A DNA stretch of 64,000 nucleotides from Candidatus Manganitrophus sp. GTDB taxonomy: Bacteria; Nitrospirota; Nitrospiria; SBBL01; Manganitrophaceae. Positions 35,701 through 48,995 of this stretch are shown one piece after another; the first letter of the stretch is position 1; every line of letters starts with the position of its first letter. Made by a program: the position numbers and the translations under genes. The DNA lies in NCBI GenBank assembly GCA_028865235.1, contig CP114563.1, positions 10,914 to 74,913 on the forward strand, read 5' to 3'. The notes under the pieces were generated by a model. That model did no database searches. It saw nothing but the letters and a program-made list of their open reading frames with translations, and was not told the DNA's origin.

Positions 35701-38700
35701 ATGATTGAAAAAATCATCGATTATTCTGCGCGGAATAAATTTTTAATTATCACCATCACCTTTTTCCTCGTCGCCTGGGCGGTATGGGCGATGCGGAATG
35801 TTCCGCTCGATGCGATTCCGGATCTCTCGGACGCACAGGTGATCATCTTTACCGAGTGGCCGGGCCGAAGCCCCACCCTGATCGAAGATCAGATCACCTA
35901 CCCGATCGTCACCTCTCTCATCTCCGCGCCCAAGGTGAAGTATGTGCGGGGTCAGTCGATGCTCGGGCTCTCCTTTGTCTATGTGATCTTTCAGGACGGG
36001 ACCGACCTCTATTGGGCCCGAAGCCGCGTCCTGGAGTACATGCAGGGGGTCTCTGAAAAACTGCCCGAAGGGGTGACCCCCACGCTCGGGCCGGACGCCA
36101 CCGGCGTCGGCTGGGTCTATCAGTACGCCCTGGTGGACGAGTCGGGAAAGCACAATCTGGCGGAGCTTCGATCTCTTCAGGACTGGTCTCTCCGCTACTG
36201 GCTGCAATCGGTGCCGGGGGTCGCGGAGGTCGCCTCGATCGGTGGGTTCGTCAAGCAATATCAGGTCAACATCGATCCGAACCGGTTGGCGGCTTACAAT
36301 ATTCCATTAGACCACGTCATGATGGCCATTCGCGCGAGCAACAACGAGGTCGGCGGACGGGTGCTCGAGCAGGCCGGCCGGGAGTATATGGTCCGCGGCC
36401 GGGGCTACATCCAATCGACGGAGGACATTCGGAGCATTCCGATCGGGACAAATGAGCGCGGAACACCGATCCGTGTGGACGATGTCGCGAACGTGGCGAT
36501 CGGCCCCGACATCCGGCGCGGCGTGGCGGAGCTGGACGGGAAAGGCGAGGTGGTCGGCGGGATCGTCGTCATGCGCTACGGCGAGAACGCCCTGAAGGTG
36601 ATCGAGCGGGTCAAGGAGAAGCTCAAGGCGATCGAACCTTCGCTGCCGGAAGGGGTCAAGATCGTCCCGACCTACGACCGCTCGGACCTGATCCAACGCG
36701 CGATCGACACACTCAAGCATACCTTAACGGAAGAGCTGCTCATCGTCAGCGCGGTCATTCTGATCTTCCTCTGGCATATTCCGAGCGCCATCATCCCGAT
36801 CATCACGATCCCGATCGCGGTGATTCTCTCCTTCATCCCGATGTACTACTCGGGCCTGACCTCGAACATCATGTCGCTCGCCGGCATCGCGATCTCCATC
36901 GGCGTGCTGGTCGACGGCGCCATCGTGGAGGTGGAGAACGCCTACAAGAAGCTCGAGCGGTGGCAGTCGACCGGAAGGGTCGGCGATTATCAGGAGATCC
37001 GGCTCAATGCGCTCAAGGAGGTCGGCCCTTCGGTCTTCTTCTCGCTGCTGGTCATCGCCGTGGCGTTTGTTCCGATCTTCACCCTTCAGGCCCAGGAAGG
37101 GCGTCTCTTCAAGCCGCTGGCGTTCACCAAGAACCTGGCGATGGCGATCGCGGCCATATTGGCCATCACGCTCGATCCGGCCATGCGGATGCTCTTCACC
37201 CGGATGGATCCTTTTACCTTTCGACCCAAATGGCTCCGGTGGACCGCCAACCACGCTCTGGTCGGAAAATATTACGCCGAGGAGAAACACCCGATCAGCC
37301 GGCCGCTTCAGCGGATCTATCATCCGGTGCTCGAATTTGTGCTCCGTCATCGCTGGCCGGTCGTCATTTCAGCCTTTTTGATCGTGCTGCTGACGATCCC
37401 CGTTTATCTCCGCCTCGGTTCCGAATTTATGCCTCCTTTGAACGAAGGGACGATCCTCTATATGCCGACCACCCTGCCGGGCATCTCGATTACTGAAGCG
37501 ACCCGAATTCTTCAGCTTCAAGACAAGATGCTGAAAGAATTCCCGGAAGTCGAGCGGGTCTTCGGGAAGATCGGGGAGGCGAAAACCGCCACCGACCCAG
37601 CACCCCTGAACATGGGGGAGACGGTCATCACCTTAAAACCGAAAGACCAGTGGCGGCCCGGGATGACCTGGGAGAAGCTGATCGCCGAAATGGACAAGAA
37701 GCTGAAGTTCCCCGGCGTTCCGAACATCTGGTGGATGCCGATCCAGACCCGGACCGAGATGCTTGCCACCGGCATTCGAAGCAATGTCGGAATCAAAATC
37801 TTGGGCCCCGATTTAAATGAGATCGATCAGATCGGACAGCAAATAGAAGGGGTCATGGCCCAAATCCCCGATACCCGATCTTCTTTCTTCGAGCGGGTGA
37901 CCGGCGGCTATTACCTCGACTTCGTGATCGATCGGAAGGCCGCTTCTCGTTATGGGCTTCGGATTGAAGAGATTCAGGAGGTCATTGAAACGGCCATCGG
38001 AGGGAAAGATATCTCGCAGACCGTCGAAGGGCGGGAGCGCTATCCGATCAATGTCCGCTATGCCCGAGAATACCGGGACGATATCGAGAAGTTAAAGCGG
38101 GTGCTGGTTTCGACCCCCTCCGGCGCCCAAATCCCGATGGCGCAATTGGCAGAGATCAAATATACGGAAGGCCCGCCGATGGTGAAGGATGAAAACGCCA
38201 TGCTCGCCGGGGTCGTCTTCGTCGACACCGCCCGCTCGGATCTGGGCGGCTATGTCAAAGAGGCGCAACGACTCGTCGCGGAAAAGGTGAAACTTCCGGC
38301 CGGCTACTCTTTGGTCTGGGCCGGTCAGTACGAGTATCTTGTGCGGGCCAAAGAGCATTTAAAGATCGTCGTGCCGTTCACCTTCTTTATCATTTTTCTT
38401 CTGCTGTACATGAACACCGGCTCTACGGTTAAAACATTGATCATCTTCCTGGCCGTGCCGTTCTCGGCGGTCGGCGCCATCCTCTTTCTCTATCTCCTCG
38501 GCTACAACATGAGCATCGGGGTCTGGGTCGGGCTGATCGCGCTGATGGGGCTCGATGCCGAGACCGGCGTCTTCATGCTCCTCTATCTCGATCTCGCCTA
38601 TGAAGATCGGAAAGCGAAAGGGATGATGCGGACCTTGCAGGACCTGAAGGAGGCAATCATCGAAGGGGCGGTCCAGCGCCTTCGCCCCAAGGTCATGACG

Positions 38701-38949
38701 GTGAGCGTGATGTTCATGGGGCTGGTTCCGATCATGTGGTCGACTGGCGCCGGCGCGGACGTGATGAACCGGATCGCGGCGCCGATGATCGGCGGCATCT
38801 TCACTTCGTTCATCCTGGAGTTGCTGGTCTATCCGGTGATTTATGAAATCTGGCGGGAAAGAGGTTTGAGAAGAATAACAGGAGGGAAAGGAACCGATGG
38901 CGCCCCTGAAAAATCGGCATTGGTTTTAGAAAAAAGGAGACCAAATTAA
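35701..38949 (+). CDS. cusA: CusA/SilA Cu(I)/Ag(I) RND permease
   Basis: Intact 1082 aa; PLDAIPDLSD, LGPDATGVGWVYQY, EFMPPLNEG, LYMPTT, MPIQTRTEML. Confidence 0.97.
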   Translation: MIEKIIDYSARNKFLIITITFFLVAWAVWAMRNVPLDAIPDLSDAQVIIFTEWPGRSPTLIEDQITYPIVTSLISAPKVKYVRGQSMLGLSFVYVIFQDGTDLYWARSRVLEYMQGVSEKLPEGVTPTLGPDATGVGWVYQYALVDESGKHNLAELRSLQDWSLRYWLQSVPGVAEVASIGGFVKQYQVNIDPNRLAAYNIPLDHVMMAIRASNNEVGGRVLEQAGREYMVRGRGYIQSTEDIRSIPIGTNERGTPIRVDDVANVAIGPDIRRGVAELDGKGEVVGGIVVMRYGENALKVIERVKEKLKAIEPSLPEGVKIVPTYDRSDLIQRAIDTLKHTLTEELLIVSAVILIFLWHIPSAIIPIITIPIAVILSFIPMYYSGLTSNIMSLAGIAISIGVLVDGAIVEVENAYKKLERWQSTGRVGDYQEIRLNALKEVGPSVFFSLLVIAVAFVPIFTLQAQEGRLFKPLAFTKNLAMAIAAILAITLDPAMRMLFTRMDPFTFRPKWLRWTANHALVGKYYAEEKHPISRPLQRIYHPVLEFVLRHRWPVVISAFLIVLLTIPVYLRLGSEFMPPLNEGTILYMPTTLPGISITEATRILQLQDKMLKEFPEVERVFGKIGEAKTATDPAPLNMGETVITLKPKDQWRPGMTWEKLIAEMDKKLKFPGVPNIWWMPIQTRTEMLATGIRSNVGIKILGPDLNEIDQIGQQIEGVMAQIPDTRSSFFERVTGGYYLDFVIDRKAASRYGLRIEEIQEVIETAIGGKDISQTVEGRERYPINVRYAREYRDDIEKLKRVLVSTPSGAQIPMAQLAEIKYTEGPPMVKDENAMLAGVVFVDTARSDLGGYVKEAQRLVAEKVKLPAGYSLVWAGQYEYLVRAKEHLKIVVPFTFFIIFLLLYMNTGSTVKTLIIFLAVPFSAVGAILFLYLLGYNMSIGVWVGLIALMGLDAETGVFMLLYLDLAYEDRKAKGMMRTLQDLKEAIIEGAVQRLRPKVMTVSVMFMGLVPIMWSTGAGADVMNRIAAPMIGGIFTSFILELLVYPVIYEIWRERGLRRITGGKGTDGAPEKSALVLEKRRPN

Positions 38950-39098
38950 ACGCATCTTTTGAACAGATTCAGCAGACTTTAGGCATCGATGCCGTACCGA
39001 TATTAAGAAACCAGAAGGGCATCCCATGCATCTGCAATGCGTGACCCTTCATCGCTACAAAGCGATATAATTCAGAAACGGCAAAAGGAGATGAGGCG

Positions 39099-39893
39099 AT
39101 GGGGAGAAAGCAGTTTTCGGCCTTGCTGGTGGTAGTCATTGGGCTGGGACTTGCCGGTGGAGTAGTCGGATGGGTATTCATCGGTCATTCCGCCTCCGCT
39201 CAAAAGAGATCCGAACCTGAGAGAGCAGAATCCGATCCCCCGAAGATCATTCTGACAGAAGAGATCCGCCTGATCGACAAGGACCGAAAAGTCCGCGCGA
39301 CCCTTTCCGTACAGCCGGACGGAAGCATGGGACTGCACTTTATTGATCAAGCCGGAAGACCCCGGCTGGCGGTCGGTCTGCTCCCAGATGGAAGTCCTGT
39401 CCTGAATCTTGCAGATCAGAATGGCCGGCTCCGCACTGGATTGAGCCTGATGGAAGACGGCAGCCCCGGCTTGGCCTTCCATGATCAGGATGGAAAATTG
39501 CGGGCCGGCCTGGGATTGGATCACAAAGGAAGCCCGGGTCTCGCCTTTTATGATCAGAGGAGTGAGCGCCGCCTGAATCTCATTTTGCTTGATGGAAATC
39601 CAAGTTTGGGTCTTTACGATCCGAAGGATAAAGTGCGCATCGGGCTTGGCGTCGGCGGAAACAGAGGCTCGGCGCTGATTCTCTCCGACCAGAACGGCAA
39701 ATTGAGGGCAGGTCTGGGTCTGCAGCCGGACGGGACTCCAGGTTTCAAGCTCTATGACGGAGGCGGCGCGCGCCGGGCCGAGCTGGCTTTAACACCGCAA
39801 GGGAAACCTGACCTCTCCTTTTTTGATGAGAGTGGAAACAGACAGGAGAGGAGAGAAAGATCAAGCTTCAATTCTTCACGAAATGGTCAATAG
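39099..39893 (+). CDS. Membrane-anchored protein with ~22-aa tandem repeats
   Basis: Repeated DQxGxLRxGLxL..DGSPxLxF units after an N-terminal TM. Confidence 0.75.
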   Translation: MGRKQFSALLVVVIGLGLAGGVVGWVFIGHSASAQKRSEPERAESDPPKIILTEEIRLIDKDRKVRATLSVQPDGSMGLHFIDQAGRPRLAVGLLPDGSPVLNLADQNGRLRTGLSLMEDGSPGLAFHDQDGKLRAGLGLDHKGSPGLAFYDQRSERRLNLILLDGNPSLGLYDPKDKVRIGLGVGGNRGSALILSDQNGKLRAGLGLQPDGTPGFKLYDGGGARRAELALTPQGKPDLSFFDESGNRQERRERSSFNSSRNGQ

Positions 39894-39959
39894 AAAAGGA
39901 GAGGCATAGGGCACGATCGCCGCGGAAAACTGCCAGCCTCGCTTTGATATAAAATAACG

Positions 39960-40331
39960 TCACTTCTTTCCATGTTTTCTTCCGGATCGTTTTCCATCGC
40001 GGCGTGATGCTTTCACCAAGCTGCAGGAGAGGATCCGCTCCGCCTGCGCGACAACCTGCTTTTGCGCCCAATCGAGGATTTGATCGATCTCGGGATTCGC
40101 CACCCGGTAGATCGCCATCCGGCCCTGTTTCTCCATTTCGGCCAGTCCACAGGTTCTCAAACAATTAAGATGATGGGAGATGAGATTCTGCGGTTTGCCG
40201 AGCGCCTCGTAGATTTTCGTCACGTGCATCGGCCCTTTCTGATGAAGTAATTTCAAAACTTGAAGCCGCGTCGGATCGGCCAGGGCCGTAAAGAGGCCGA
40301 CCTGGGCAGAAAGCAGTTCATCCTGGATCAT
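39960..40331 (-). CDS. ArsR/SmtB regulator
   Basis: FTALADPTRLQVL, ISHHLNCLRTCGL. Confidence 0.9.
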   Translation of the reverse strand: MIQDELLSAQVGLFTALADPTRLQVLKLLHQKGPMHVTKIYEALGKPQNLISHHLNCLRTCGLAEMEKQGRMAIYRVANPEIDQILDWAQKQVVAQAERILSCSLVKASRRDGKRSGRKHGKK

Positions 40332-40346
40332 GAAACCTCCTCTATC

Positions 40347-41743
40347 CTATTCAATGCAGCAAGAGAGATTGGCCACATCTTTTGTGAACGATTGCGCCAC
40401 CAGCTTGATCGACTCCGACAGGGTCGGAAAGACAAAGAGCGTGGAGCGGATGTCTCTGATCGTATGCTTGAACTTTACCGCCATGACCGCGGCGTGAATT
40501 AAATCGGCCGCCCCGGATGCCAGGATGTGGACGCCGATCACCCGCTCGCTCTTCGCTTCGATCACCATTTTGATGTAGCCTTTCGTTTCATGGATTAGAT
40601 CGGCCTTGGGGACCACCTTGAATTCCAGCCCCCGGCAGGAACATTCAATGCCCATCTCCTCCGCTTTCTTCTCCGTGAGACCGACGGAGGCGACCTCCGG
40701 ATGGGTAAAGACGGCTCTCGGTACGGAGAGATAGTCAAACGTGTGATGGCTTCCGGTCAGCGCATTTTCCGCGGCCATGCTTCCTTGGGAGGCGGCCACC
40801 GTTTCCAATGCGATTTTTGAGGCCACATCCCCGACCGCATAGATGTTCTCATTCGTGGTCCGCATCTCGTCATCGACCTGGATATATCCCTTTTGGGTGA
40901 CCTCAACGCCGGCTCTCTCCAGTCCGATCTCTCTGGCTATTGGGGGAGATCCCAACGCCGACCAGGAGCGCTTCTCCCTCAAAGGTCCTCTCTTTTCCAT
41001 CAATCTCTGCAGTAATGATCTTCATCTTGCCGCGGGGCTGCACCCGCGTCACGTTTGCTCCGGTAATGATTTCGATCCCCTCTTCTCTCAAATACTGGGT
41101 GAGCCGTTCAGAAATGGATTCCTCATGCTCCGCCAAGATGCGCGGCTTCATCTCCAGAAGGATGACGCGGGAGCCGAAGCGGTGATACATCTGTGCAAAC
41201 TCCAGTCCGACATAGCCGCCTCCCAGAATGACCATCGATTCGGGAGGCGATTCGAGTTCTAAGGCTGTGGCGCTCGTCAAGACATCGACCGCTTCAATCC
41301 CCTCAATCGGCGGAATTGCGGGCTTGGCTCCTGTGGCAATAATAAATTTTCTGCCGGCCACCCGCTCGCCGTTGACCTCAATTTCTCGATCTGACACAAA
41401 TCGCCCCATTCCAGGAATGTAAGTGATGCCGAGATGGGAGATCACATCGGCATACTTGCCCTTCTGCTCTTTCTGGACGATTTGGCGCTTGCGCCATCAC
41501 CTCTTCAAAATTAAATCTGCCCTCTCCATGACGAATGCCGGGGAAATGAGCGCCCCGGTGGTAGTAGAAATCCTCACCCGCTTTCAGAAGATTTTTTGAA
41601 GGAACGCATCCGCGGTTAACACAGGTGCCGCCGAGTCGGTCGCGTTCGATGAGCGCGACAGATTGATCCAACTCTCTCGCTTTGATCGCCGCCGCAAAAG
41701 CACCGGAGCCGCCCCCTAAAATAACCAGATCAAACTGCCGCAT
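40347..41743 (-). CDS. merA: Mercuric reductase lacking NmerA (frameshifted)
   Basis: GGGSGA, GGTCVNRGCVPSK, GGGYVG, C-terminal SFTKDVANLSCC. Confidence 0.88.
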
Positions 41744-41784
41744 CTCTTCCTCCCTTTGTCATATAGAGCCGCTTATTTTTAATA

Positions 41785-41802
41785 TATCAATATGCGTTGA
41801 TA
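41785..41802. promoter_or_regulatory. Palindromic operator upstream of merA (ArsR-type)
   Basis: TATCAA-TATGCG-TTGATA. Confidence 0.55.
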
Positions 41803-41855
41803 CTTTACAAGTAAAAGTTAAAATGAATCCTGATGTGAATGGAGAAATAAAAGAC

Positions 41856-41887
41856 TTGACTCTACACTTAGGTGCAGGGTTTATAGT
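41856..41887 (+). promoter_or_regulatory. MerR-type promoter with long spacer
   Basis: TTGACT-N20-TATAGT with imperfect dyad CTACAC-TTAG-GTGCAG. Confidence 0.7.
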
Positions 41888-41905
41888 GAGAGTCGGAGGC
41901 GAGAG

Positions 41906-42309
41906 ATGAAGGGTCTAACCATCGGCCAATTGGCCAAAAGAGCAGGGGGTCAAGATTGAAACAGTCCGTTATTATGAAAGGCGCGGGCTGATCCTGGAGC
42001 CCCCGCGACGGGAATCGGGCTACCGGCAGTACGCTGAAGACGCCGTGGCGCGCATTCAGTTTATCAAGCGTGCCCAGGAACTTGGGTTCTCTCTCAAGGA
42101 GATCTTGGAGCTTCTCTCTTTGCGGGTCGATCGGCATACGACCTGCAAGGATGTCAGACAACGCGCCGAAGCCAAAAATTTCCGACATCGAGGTAAAAAT
42201 AGCGGACCTGAAAAGAATGAAACAGGCCCTGGTCAAAGTGACAAACGCCTGCAGCGGGCGTGGGCCCACCAGCGAATGCCCTATATTGGAAGCAATGAAC
42301 GAAGATTGA
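41906..42309 (+). CDS. merR: Metal-sensing MerR-family regulator (frameshifted)
   Basis: LTIGQLA, ETVRYYERRGL, SGYRQY, three Cys (TCKDV, ACSG, ECPIL). Confidence 0.85.
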
Positions 42310-42389
42310 TCTTATTCAAGAGTCGGCTACCGAAGATCGCCACGTACCTCGGCCGATTTCGTCGCTTTTCTGACGAGGAGGACTTTAGC

Positions 42390-44789
<2,400 letters not shown>

Positions 44790-44801
44790 TTCAGCCTCTC
44801 C

Positions 44802-47577
44802 TTAGGCCGCCTTCTTCCGCTCCATCGGTTTAGGCGTGCCGATTGTCCTCTGATCGGCCGGGCCTCCGGGCATCTGAAATCTCTTCAATCGGAGGGCATT
44901 GAGCACCACTGAAATGGAGCTGGCCGCCATCGCCGCCGACGCGATGATCGGCGAGAGCAGAAGACCGAAGAACGGATAGAGGACGCCGGCCGCGATCGGG
45001 ATGCCGAGGCCGTTGTAGATGAAGGCGAAGAACAGATTCTGCCTGATGTTGCGCATGGTCGCCTGTGAGAGTTGAATCACCCGGGCGACGTCAAAGATAT
45101 CGCCCTTCACCAGCGAGATATCGGCCGATTCGATGGCGACATCGGTGCCGGTGCCGATGGCGATCCCGACATCGGCCTGCGGCCAGCGCCGGGGCGTCGT
45201 TGACCCCGTCGCCCACCATCGCGACGATCTTGCCCTGGCATTGCAGCTTGGCGACCTCCGGGGCCTTGTGCTCCGGCAGGACCTCGGCGAGAACAGTGTC
45301 GATCCCGAGCTCCTTTGCAATCGCGCGGCCGACGGCCCAGTTGTCGCCGGTGATCATCGCCACTTCCACTCCCAGGCGGTGGAGTTCCGCCACAGCCGCT
45401 TGCGAGGTGGGCCGGACCGGATCGGCTAGACTGATCAAGCCGATTAGACGGCCCTCGCGGGCGATGAAGTTGACCGTCTTCCCCTCTGCGTCCAGGCGCT
45501 CGGCCTGATCCTCCAGCGAAGCGACGCTGATCTCCCGCTCGGCCATGAGCCGGCGGTTGCCGACGAGCAGCTCGGCCCCCTCGACGACCGCCCGCGTTCC
45601 CTTGCCGGTGAAGTAGCGAAAATCTTTCGGCGGCGGGATGGAGACTTTCTGCTCGCCGGCCGCACGGACGATCGCCTGCGCCAGCGGGTGCTCCGAGCCC
45701 CGCTTGTCGCCGCGGCCAACCGCAGCAGATCGTCTTCGGAAATGCCGGGCGCTGGAACCAGATCCCGGACGGCGTGGCGCCCTTCGGTCAGCGTGCCGGT
45801 CTTGTCGACGACCAGCGTCGTCGACCTTGCCGGTCACCTCCAGCGCCTCGGCGTTCTTGATCAGGACGCCGTTCTCGGCCCCCTTGCCGGTCGCCACCAT
45901 GATCGAGATCGGCGTCGCGAGCCCCAAGGCGCAGGGACAGGCGATGATCAGCACCGCCACGGTGTTCAGGAGCGCTAAGACAAAATGCAGGGCCGGCCCC
46001 CAGACGAACCAGACGGCAAAGGTGATCACGCCGATGATGATCACGGCCGGGACAAAATAGCTTGAGACCAGATCGGCCAGCCGCTGAATCGGCGCCTTCG
46101 ATCCCTGCGCCTGCTGGACCAGCCGGACAATCTGCGCCAGCATCGTCTCCTTGCCGACTTTCGTCGCCTCAAAGACAAACCCGCCGGCGCTGTTGAGGGT
46201 CGCGCCGATCACAGGGTCCCCCTCACCTTTCGTCACAGGGACACTCTCGCCGGTCACCATGCTCTCGTCGATGACGCTCTCCCCTCCCGGATCACCCCAT
46301 CGACCGGGATCTTCTCCCCCGGCCGAACGACTACAAGATCTCCGACCCGGACCTCCTCGACGGGGAGATCGATCTCTTTTCCATCCCGACGGACGCGCGC
46401 CCTCTTCGCCTGAAGCGAGAGGAGATTCTCGATGGCGGCGGAGGTGCCGGCCTTTGCCCGCGCCTCCAGCAGGCGCCCCAGCAAGATCAGTGTGACGATC
46501 ACCGCCGCGGTCTCGTAATAAACGCCTGCCTCGACCCCGCGGCGACGCAGCCAGTCGTCAAACAAGGTGGCCGACAGGCTATAGAGGTAAGCGGCGCCGA
46601 TGCCGATCCCGATCAGCGTGTTCATGTCGGCGGTTCGGTTCTTGAGGGTGAACCAGGTCCCCTTGAAGAACCCCCCAGCCGCTGTAGAAGAGGACCGGCG
46701 TGGAGAGAATAAGTTGAATGTAAGGGTCGGCCAGGAGGGCGATCAAGGCGCCGAGCGGCCCGCCCGGCATCGGGAAGAACTCATGCCACATCGCGCCGAT
46801 CAGCAGTGGAACGGTCAGAACCAGGGAGACGAGAAAGCGGCGTCTGATATCGGCCACTTCCGATTCCCGTGAGGCCACGCCGCGATCAGCCGTCTCCTCC
46901 TCCGAAGTCACCGGTTCGGCCCGGTATCCGGCTTCGGCCATCGCACGCGCCATCTGATCCGGCGAAACCAGTCCCGGCGTGTAATCGATCGTCGCCCGCT
47001 CTGTGGCGGCGTTGACTTGCACCCGCTCCACCCCCGGCAGGCGTTCTATCAGTTCCTCGATTGCAGTGGTTGTGGTGATGCTGCGCATTCCCCGAATCAA
47101 AAACTCAGCCCGGGCAGGCTTCTCTTCGGCGCTCGGATGCGGCGCTACGTCCGAAGGAACCTGTTGGGGGGATACTGTCCCAGCGGTCTGTCTCATTCGG
47201 CTGCCTGGCTCGACGACCAGCGTTCCTCGGTACATATTCATGGCGCAGGAAAAAGGAAACTCTCCCGGTTCTTGCGGGGTGAATTCAATCGCTGTAGTGG
47301 CGAATGCCGGCAGGGCGCGCGAGACTCCCAGATCTGGGATGACAACACGGTTCGAGCAATCGGCTCCCTCCCGCCGATCAAACTTCAATCGGACCGGCAT
47401 CCCGGCCTTCACAATGACCCGGTTCGGCTGATAGGCCCCCTCGACCCGGATCGTCACCTCCTGCACTCCGGCCTGGATGGCGGCGGCTTTTCCTTGCCTG
47501 GGGCCGAAGAAACACCAGAGGAGGAAGGCGATGAGTCCCAATCCGGCGACGATTACAGTTAAATCCATTGCTGTCAT
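44802..47577 (-). CDS. Cu(I) P1B-1 ATPase with N-terminal cupredoxin domain (frameshifted)
   Basis: [10 protein letters not shown], Cys-less HMA, CPC, DKTGT, YN, MAASS. Confidence 0.9.
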
Positions 47578-47589
47578 GTTCTCCTTCCT

Positions 47590-47790
47590 TAATTATTGGA
47601 AGATTCTCCGCGTGTCTCCGATGGGCGTATGCTTCTGTTGAAGCCTTCGAACCTCTCTGAGAATTTTGAATTGAAGCGCCGTCTGGATGATGAGGGTCAC
47701 CATCACGATCAGGACAAACAATGTTAAGGCTGCCATACAATACATCATCATCCGTCCATCATCATCTCGTCCATTCCCGGTTCATTCATA
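47590..47790 (-). CDS. Small Met-rich membrane protein (frameshifted)
   Basis: MNEPGMDEMMM..YCMAALTLFVLIVMVTLII. Confidence 0.45.
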
Positions 47791-47961
47791 GGGTCTCCAT
47801 AATACTGTTGCGCTCTTCTAAAAAATCCGTGCTGCCCATTTCCTTCTTGGCCTGAAGGCGCGGGGATACTTCGTCCCGTATCGTCCTCGATCCGATTCGC
47901 TGTCCGGGCGCGGAAGAAGCGACAGCGCCGGACCGAAGCGAAAACAAATTTCTTCCCGACA

Positions 47962-48995
47962 TCATAGGGGGCAGATTGTTTCTTGACCGCCCCGGTCCGT
48001 CAAAGCGCGATGCCGATCAATAGGCCGAGGAGCGCCGCGCCGAGAGCGACCCACCCGCGATGCGTGGTCACCCACACCTGCACGCTTTACGGGTCTTTGC
48101 CCTCTTATCGAAGATACCGTGCGCCCCATGATCGCCCGGGACCGTCTGCCAGAGGTTGTCCGGCCTGTTGGGATCGACCGGCTCGTCGGTTTGCTGGGAA
48201 GCATAGCCTTTCCGGGCAAGATAAATGATCGAGGAGGCCCGGGATAAACTTCTCTCCCCAGATCGCTTTCACCGTCGGCAAACCGACGTGAACCTCCCGA
48301 CGATCATGGTGCGCGGCCCAGACAATTGCTTCCGCCGCCACCTCCGGCTGGAAGATCGGGGGGACCGGCTGCGGATGATTCGGCATCCGGCTCTTGATCC
48401 AGCTGAACTGCGGCGTGTTCAAGGCCGGCAGGTGCACCATCGTGACCCGGACACGGCTTCCATCATGAATCAATTCGGAGCGAAGCGATTCCGTAAAGCC
48501 TTTGACGGCGTGTTTGGCGCCGCAATAGGCCGATTGCAGCGGGATCGATCGATAGGCGAGGGCCGATCCGACCTGAACGATGACCCCGCGATTTCGGGGG
48601 AGCATTCGGCGAAGGGCGGCCAGGGTTCCATACACATAACCGAGATAGGTCACATCGGTCACCCGTTTAAACTCATCAGGGGTCATCTCTTTGACCGGAG
48701 AGAGAACCGAGACCATGGCGTTGTTGATCCAGATATCGATCGGCCCAAAGGTCTCTTCGACGGCCGCTGCGGCCATTTCGATCTGCTCCGGATCGGCGAC
48801 GTCGGTCGGCAGGACCAAGGCTTTACCCCCTTCCGCCTCAACCTCTTTGTGCGCCCCTTCAAGTCCGTCGCGCCCGCGCGCAACCAGGCCGATCTGCGCC
48901 TTTCGCTTGGCGAACTCCCGGACGATGGCCCGTCCAACACCGGCCGAGGCCCCGGTGATGACAACGACTTCAGACTGATTTGCTCTCTTCATCAT
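47962..48995 (-). CDS. SDR-family oxidoreductase
   Basis: TGASAGVG, NNA, YCGAK. Confidence 0.92.
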
